From assembly GCF_009914755.1 (NCBI RefSeq), contig NC_060933.1: a stretch of 64,000 bases of DNA; one strand, written 5' to 3'. Positions 60,062 through 64,000 of the stretch are shown in pieces (positions within the stretch are counted from its first letter, which is position 1; every line of letters begins with the position of its first letter). The position numbers and the translations under genes are program-made. Origin of the DNA: the human T2T-CHM13v2.0 reference genome, Homo sapiens. The notes under the pieces were generated by a model. The model ran no database searches. It saw only the letters and a list, made by a program, of their open reading frames with translations, and had not been told where the DNA came from.

Positions 60062-61692
60062 TTCTGTTCCAGGCTAGCTACTTCAGTGATTCATCTCAAA
60101 GCTGCTGTCTGGAAACAAAGCCCACTGTTTCTTGTTCTCATCAATCAACTTAAGCTTCTCTTTGAAGATAACTCAGAAAGTTCAGTGGAGTCATTTTCCT
60201 GGTTGCTGAAAATTCCATTACTGCATTTTAACAGCAGGATTCTCAAGCTGATAGCTTTGCTCCTGCAGTAACATGGGGACTGACTTCTTTTTTCCCTTAC
60301 TCACATGGTGAGGGTAACACATTAGGAAATAAGGGAGGATATTGCTTCCACACTGTCTCCTTGGCACCATTTATAGATTCCGCATCAACACACAAGATTC
60401 TCTATGATAATGAAGAAGGTAATTTGTCTATAATTAGAAGTTAATAACAAATCTATAAAAAATGTTAGGATTTTGACAGACTTTTCTTTAAGTGACATTT
60501 CTATGCATAATTAATTGCTGATCTTGAATTGTGTCACTGGAAAAGTATTCTTCTGATCTCTAGTAATTTCTCACCCAGAAACACTTAAAAAAATTAATAC
60601 TACATCTCTAGGTGTTCCCAGTGCAGCTGAGCTGTGCTGTAGTGGAAGAAAAGACAAACCATACAGGACACAGTTAATGCAGTTACTAGCAAATTACCAC
60701 AGTGTAACTGATGCACCACTGGGATCTACTTTGTGAGTGACAGGACATACTCACTCATCCTTCTTCCAAAGGCATTTCCACCCCAATTCCTTAAAAAAGT
60801 CAGTGAACTGGAAACAGCTCAGATTTCACTGCAAAAATGGGAATTGTGATAGGTAACACACAAGATTAACAAGGAGAAAAAACAGGAAGCAGGACAGATC
60901 CTTTTTTACTAAGTATATTCATGTAAATAAATAATGTCTTATATATGCCTGCAAGACTGTACTAAGGCTTGATACATGGCAATTCAATAGAATTTTAATA
61001 GAAAAGAATGTAAGGATTGCTATGGAATTACACTGGTATTATATTCACTAATATCAAACGCATTAGTTATGGTTAATACTATTACCATTACTGGCTAAAT
61101 AGGGGTGCTCACACCTCCAATAATCTGCTGAGCAGGTTTCATAGAGACTTTCTATCAAGTAAGAATAAAAAGTGAAATGCTTCCTGAGGCTCCGACTAGA
61201 GAGAAAGATAATGGTGTCAGGGATTGTGCATTAAAGCTTGCAGCAATGTTCATTTCCTGCATTATGTTCCAGCTAGAATAACACAGCCATAGGCAAGTAT
61301 GTCAGATGATTTTATTCCACAGCCTGAGCAAATGATGAAGAAGGGTCATCTATATAGTTAGATCGTGGTTGTCATCCCCTGATTCAGACATAGCTCCGTC
61401 CATCCATAGGCTGCCTGCCTCTCCCTGCTATCAGTGGGAGGCCATTTGGATTCTGTATTGTGGTTCTCATGGCGTTAAACATGAGGATCCAGGAAAGGTC
61501 CACCACCTACCTCTGAGCTGATGCTTCAGAGCTGTACCTTAGTGCTGGTGCTAATGTTCTGTAGTCCTACCACTGTACCTACAGTCCTTCATTGTCCCCA
61601 GGGAAAGGACAAGCTGTTTTTCTGATGGTTACATGTCCCAAGAACCTGAGATTTCTTGCATCATATGATGATGTTATTTACTCACCTTAAGT

Positions 61693-62051
61693 ATTGGCGG
61701 AGCATTTTTAATCTAAAATTCTGAAATCCAAAATGCTCCAAAATCTAAAACTTTTTGAGCACTGACAGTGCCACAAATGGAAAATTCCACACCTAACCTC
61801 ATGTGATGGATTGCAGTCGAAACACAATCAAAGCTGTTTCATGCACAAAATTATGAAGAATATTATATAAAATTATCTCCTGTTTTTGTGCATGAGGTAT
61901 ATATGAAACATAAATGAATTTTATGTTTAGATTTGGGTCCCATCTCCAAGATATTTAATTACACATACACAAATATTCCAAAATCCAAAGAATCCAAAAT
62001 CTGAAACACTTCTGTTCCCAAACATTTCTGGTAAGGGATACTCAACTCGTA
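61693..62051. mobile_element. Tigger4 (Zombi/MER46)-type DNA transposon fossil
   Basis: aaatccaaaatgctccaaaatc...aaaatctgaaacacttctg; right terminus taagggatactcaac. Confidence 0.85.
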
Positions 62052-62194
62052 TAAAGAAGCTGAGGCTTGGAAACGTTTAGTAACATGTAATAGCAAGTAG
62101 ATGGCAAAGCTGAGAGTCAAATTCAGGCTGATCTAAATATTCACACCTTAGCCACCATGTAGTATTTCCTCCTATATTCCTGAAACTGTTGCCT

Positions 62195-62385
62195 AGACCG
62201 CTGATTCTCATGTCTGACTGTACATCAGAAACCCCAAGAAGCTTATTAAAAATAGAGATTCCTGAACATTCTTCCCTCAGATATTTTGCTTTAGTAAATC
62301 TGGAGTAAAGTACTGGAATCTGATCTATTTTTAAGTGGCTCCAGGTGATTCTGATGGATATCCAAGATCATGAACTGCCAATCTT
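62195..62385. mobile_element. MER5-type fossil
   Basis: catcagaaacccc...ttagtaaatctggagt...ctccaggtgattctgatg. Confidence 0.7.
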
Positions 62386-62470
62386 GATCAGTGCAATAAG
62401 CAGGAAACTCAAATTGGTTTGCTTATGTTTCTTTCAACAAATATTTGTTGAATTTTTACTATACACTAGG

Positions 62471-62831
62471 TGATATGGTTTGGCTCTGTGTCCTCACCCA
62501 AATCTTATCTCAAATTGTAATCCCCACGTGTGAGGGGAGAAGCCTGGTGGGAAGTGATTGGATCATGGGGGCAGCTGTCCCCCTTGCTGTTCTCATGATG
62601 GAGTTCTCATAAGATCTGATGGTTTAAAAGTGTGGCACTTCCCCTTTCATTCTCTCTCTCTCCTGCTGCCATATAAGACATGCGTTGCTTCCCCTTCCCC
62701 TTCTGCCATGCCTATAAGTTTCCTGAGGCTTCCCCAGCCAGGCAGGACTGTGAGTCAATGAAACCTCTTTTCTTCACAAATTACTCAATCTCAGGTAGTT
62801 CTTTATAGCAGTGTGAAAACAGACTAACACA
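62471..62831 (+). mobile_element. THE1D-like MaLR 5' LTR
   Basis: tgatatggtttggctctgtgtc...ctttatagcagtgtgaaaacagactaacaca. Confidence 0.92.
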
Positions 62832-64000
62832 GAAAATTGGTACTGAGAGAAGTGGGGCATTGCTATAAAGATACCTGAAAATGTGGAAGTGACTTTGGAA
62901 TTGGGTAACAGGCAGTGGCTGGAGGAGTTTGGAAGGTCCAGAAGAAGACAGAAAGATATGGGAAAGTTTGGAACCTCCTAGAGATTTGTTGAATGGTTTT
63001 GACCAAAATGCTGATAGTGATATGGACAATGAAGTCCAGGCTTAGGTGGTCTCAGATGGAGATGAGGAACTTATTGGGAACTGGAGCAAAGGCCACTCTT
63101 GCTATGCTTTAGCAAAGAGACTCGTGGCATTTTGCCCCTGCCCTAGAGATCTGTGAAACTTTGAAGATAAGAGATGATTTAGGGTATCTGGCAGAAGAAA
63201 TTTCTGAACAGCAAAGCATTCAAGATGTGACCTGGCTTTTTCTAAAAGTGTACACTTATATGCATGAAGAAAGAGATGGTCTGAAAGTGGAACTTACATT
63301 TAGAAGGGAAGCAGAGCATAAAAGTTTAGAAAATTTGTAGCCTGATCATGCAGTAGAAAAGAAAAATCCATTTTCTGGGGAGAAATTCAAGCCAGCAGCA
63401 GAAATTTGCACAAGTAAGGAGGAGCTAAATGTTAATTGTCAAGACAATGGGGAAAATGTCTCCAGGGTACGTCAGAGATCTTCAAGGCAACCTCTCCCAT
63501 CACAGGCCCAGAGGCCTAGGAGAAAAAAGTGGTTTTGTTGGCCAGGCCCAGGGCCCTGCTGCTCTGTGCAGCCTCAGGACATGGTACCCTGAGTCCCAGC
63601 TGTTCTAGCTCTAGCCATGGCTAAAAGGGGCCAAGGTACAGCTTGGGCTGTGGCTTCACAGAGGGTGAAAGTCCCAAGGCAAGAGTTGAGGTTTGGGAAC
63701 CTCTGCCTAGATTTCAGAGGATGTATGGAAATGCCTGAATGTCCAGGCAGACATCAACTGCAGGGGCAGAGCCCTCATGGAGAACCTCTGCTAGGGCAGT
63801 GCAGAAGGGAAATGTGGGGTTGGAGCTCCCAAACAGAATTCCTACTGGGGCATTGCCTTGTGGAGCTGTGAAAGGAGGGCCACCATCCTCCACATCCCAG
63901 AATGGTAGATCTACTGACAGCTTGCACCAGGCACCTGGAAAAGCAATAGGTACTCAATGCCAGCTTGTGAAAGCAGCTGCAGGGGCTGTTCCCTGCCAAA
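62832..64000 (+). mobile_element. THE1/MST internal sequence, continues off the right edge
   Basis: gaaaattggtac...aagatacctgaaaatgtggaagtgactttggaa directly follows the LTR. Confidence 0.92.

Noticed and set aside
59870-60271. 133-aa ORF
   Set aside because: Non-ATG start, open through (CT)/(AC) microsatellites, no recognisable domain.

Overview
This is AT-rich human genomic DNA; an AluYb8 at 50484-50802 is a human-specific marker. More than half of the window is recognisable transposable-element sequence: several LINE-1s of different ages (L1PA7/8-like, L1PA15/16-like, a young 5'-inverted L1PA2-like copy, older L1M), about a dozen Alus, many ERVL/MaLR LTRs (MLT1, MLT2A1, MLT2B, MLT2C/D, THE1D plus internal sequence), L2/MIR remnants, MER5 and Tigger4 DNA-transposon fossils, and microsatellites. 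I recognise no host protein-coding exon, tRNA, rRNA or snRNA. Almost all supplied ORFs are repeat-derived or chance ORFs, so the window looks intergenic or deep-intronic. I cannot support a wholly new biological system from sequence alone. The best leads are: (1) a twin-primed L1 inserted inside an MLT2 LTR, whose inversion junction supplies in-frame ATGs to a ~305-codon RT-fragment ORF; (2) a near-palindromic, two-way CTCF site; (3) an MLT2A1 LTR retaining promoter and splice-donor modules; (4) a possible orphan retroposed 246-bp insert with poly(A) and TSD; (5) a template-switch triple inverted repeat; (6) a few well-formed candidate exons and enhancers. Repeat subfamily names come from my recall of consensus sequences, not from a RepeatMasker run, and boundaries of old elements are approximate.
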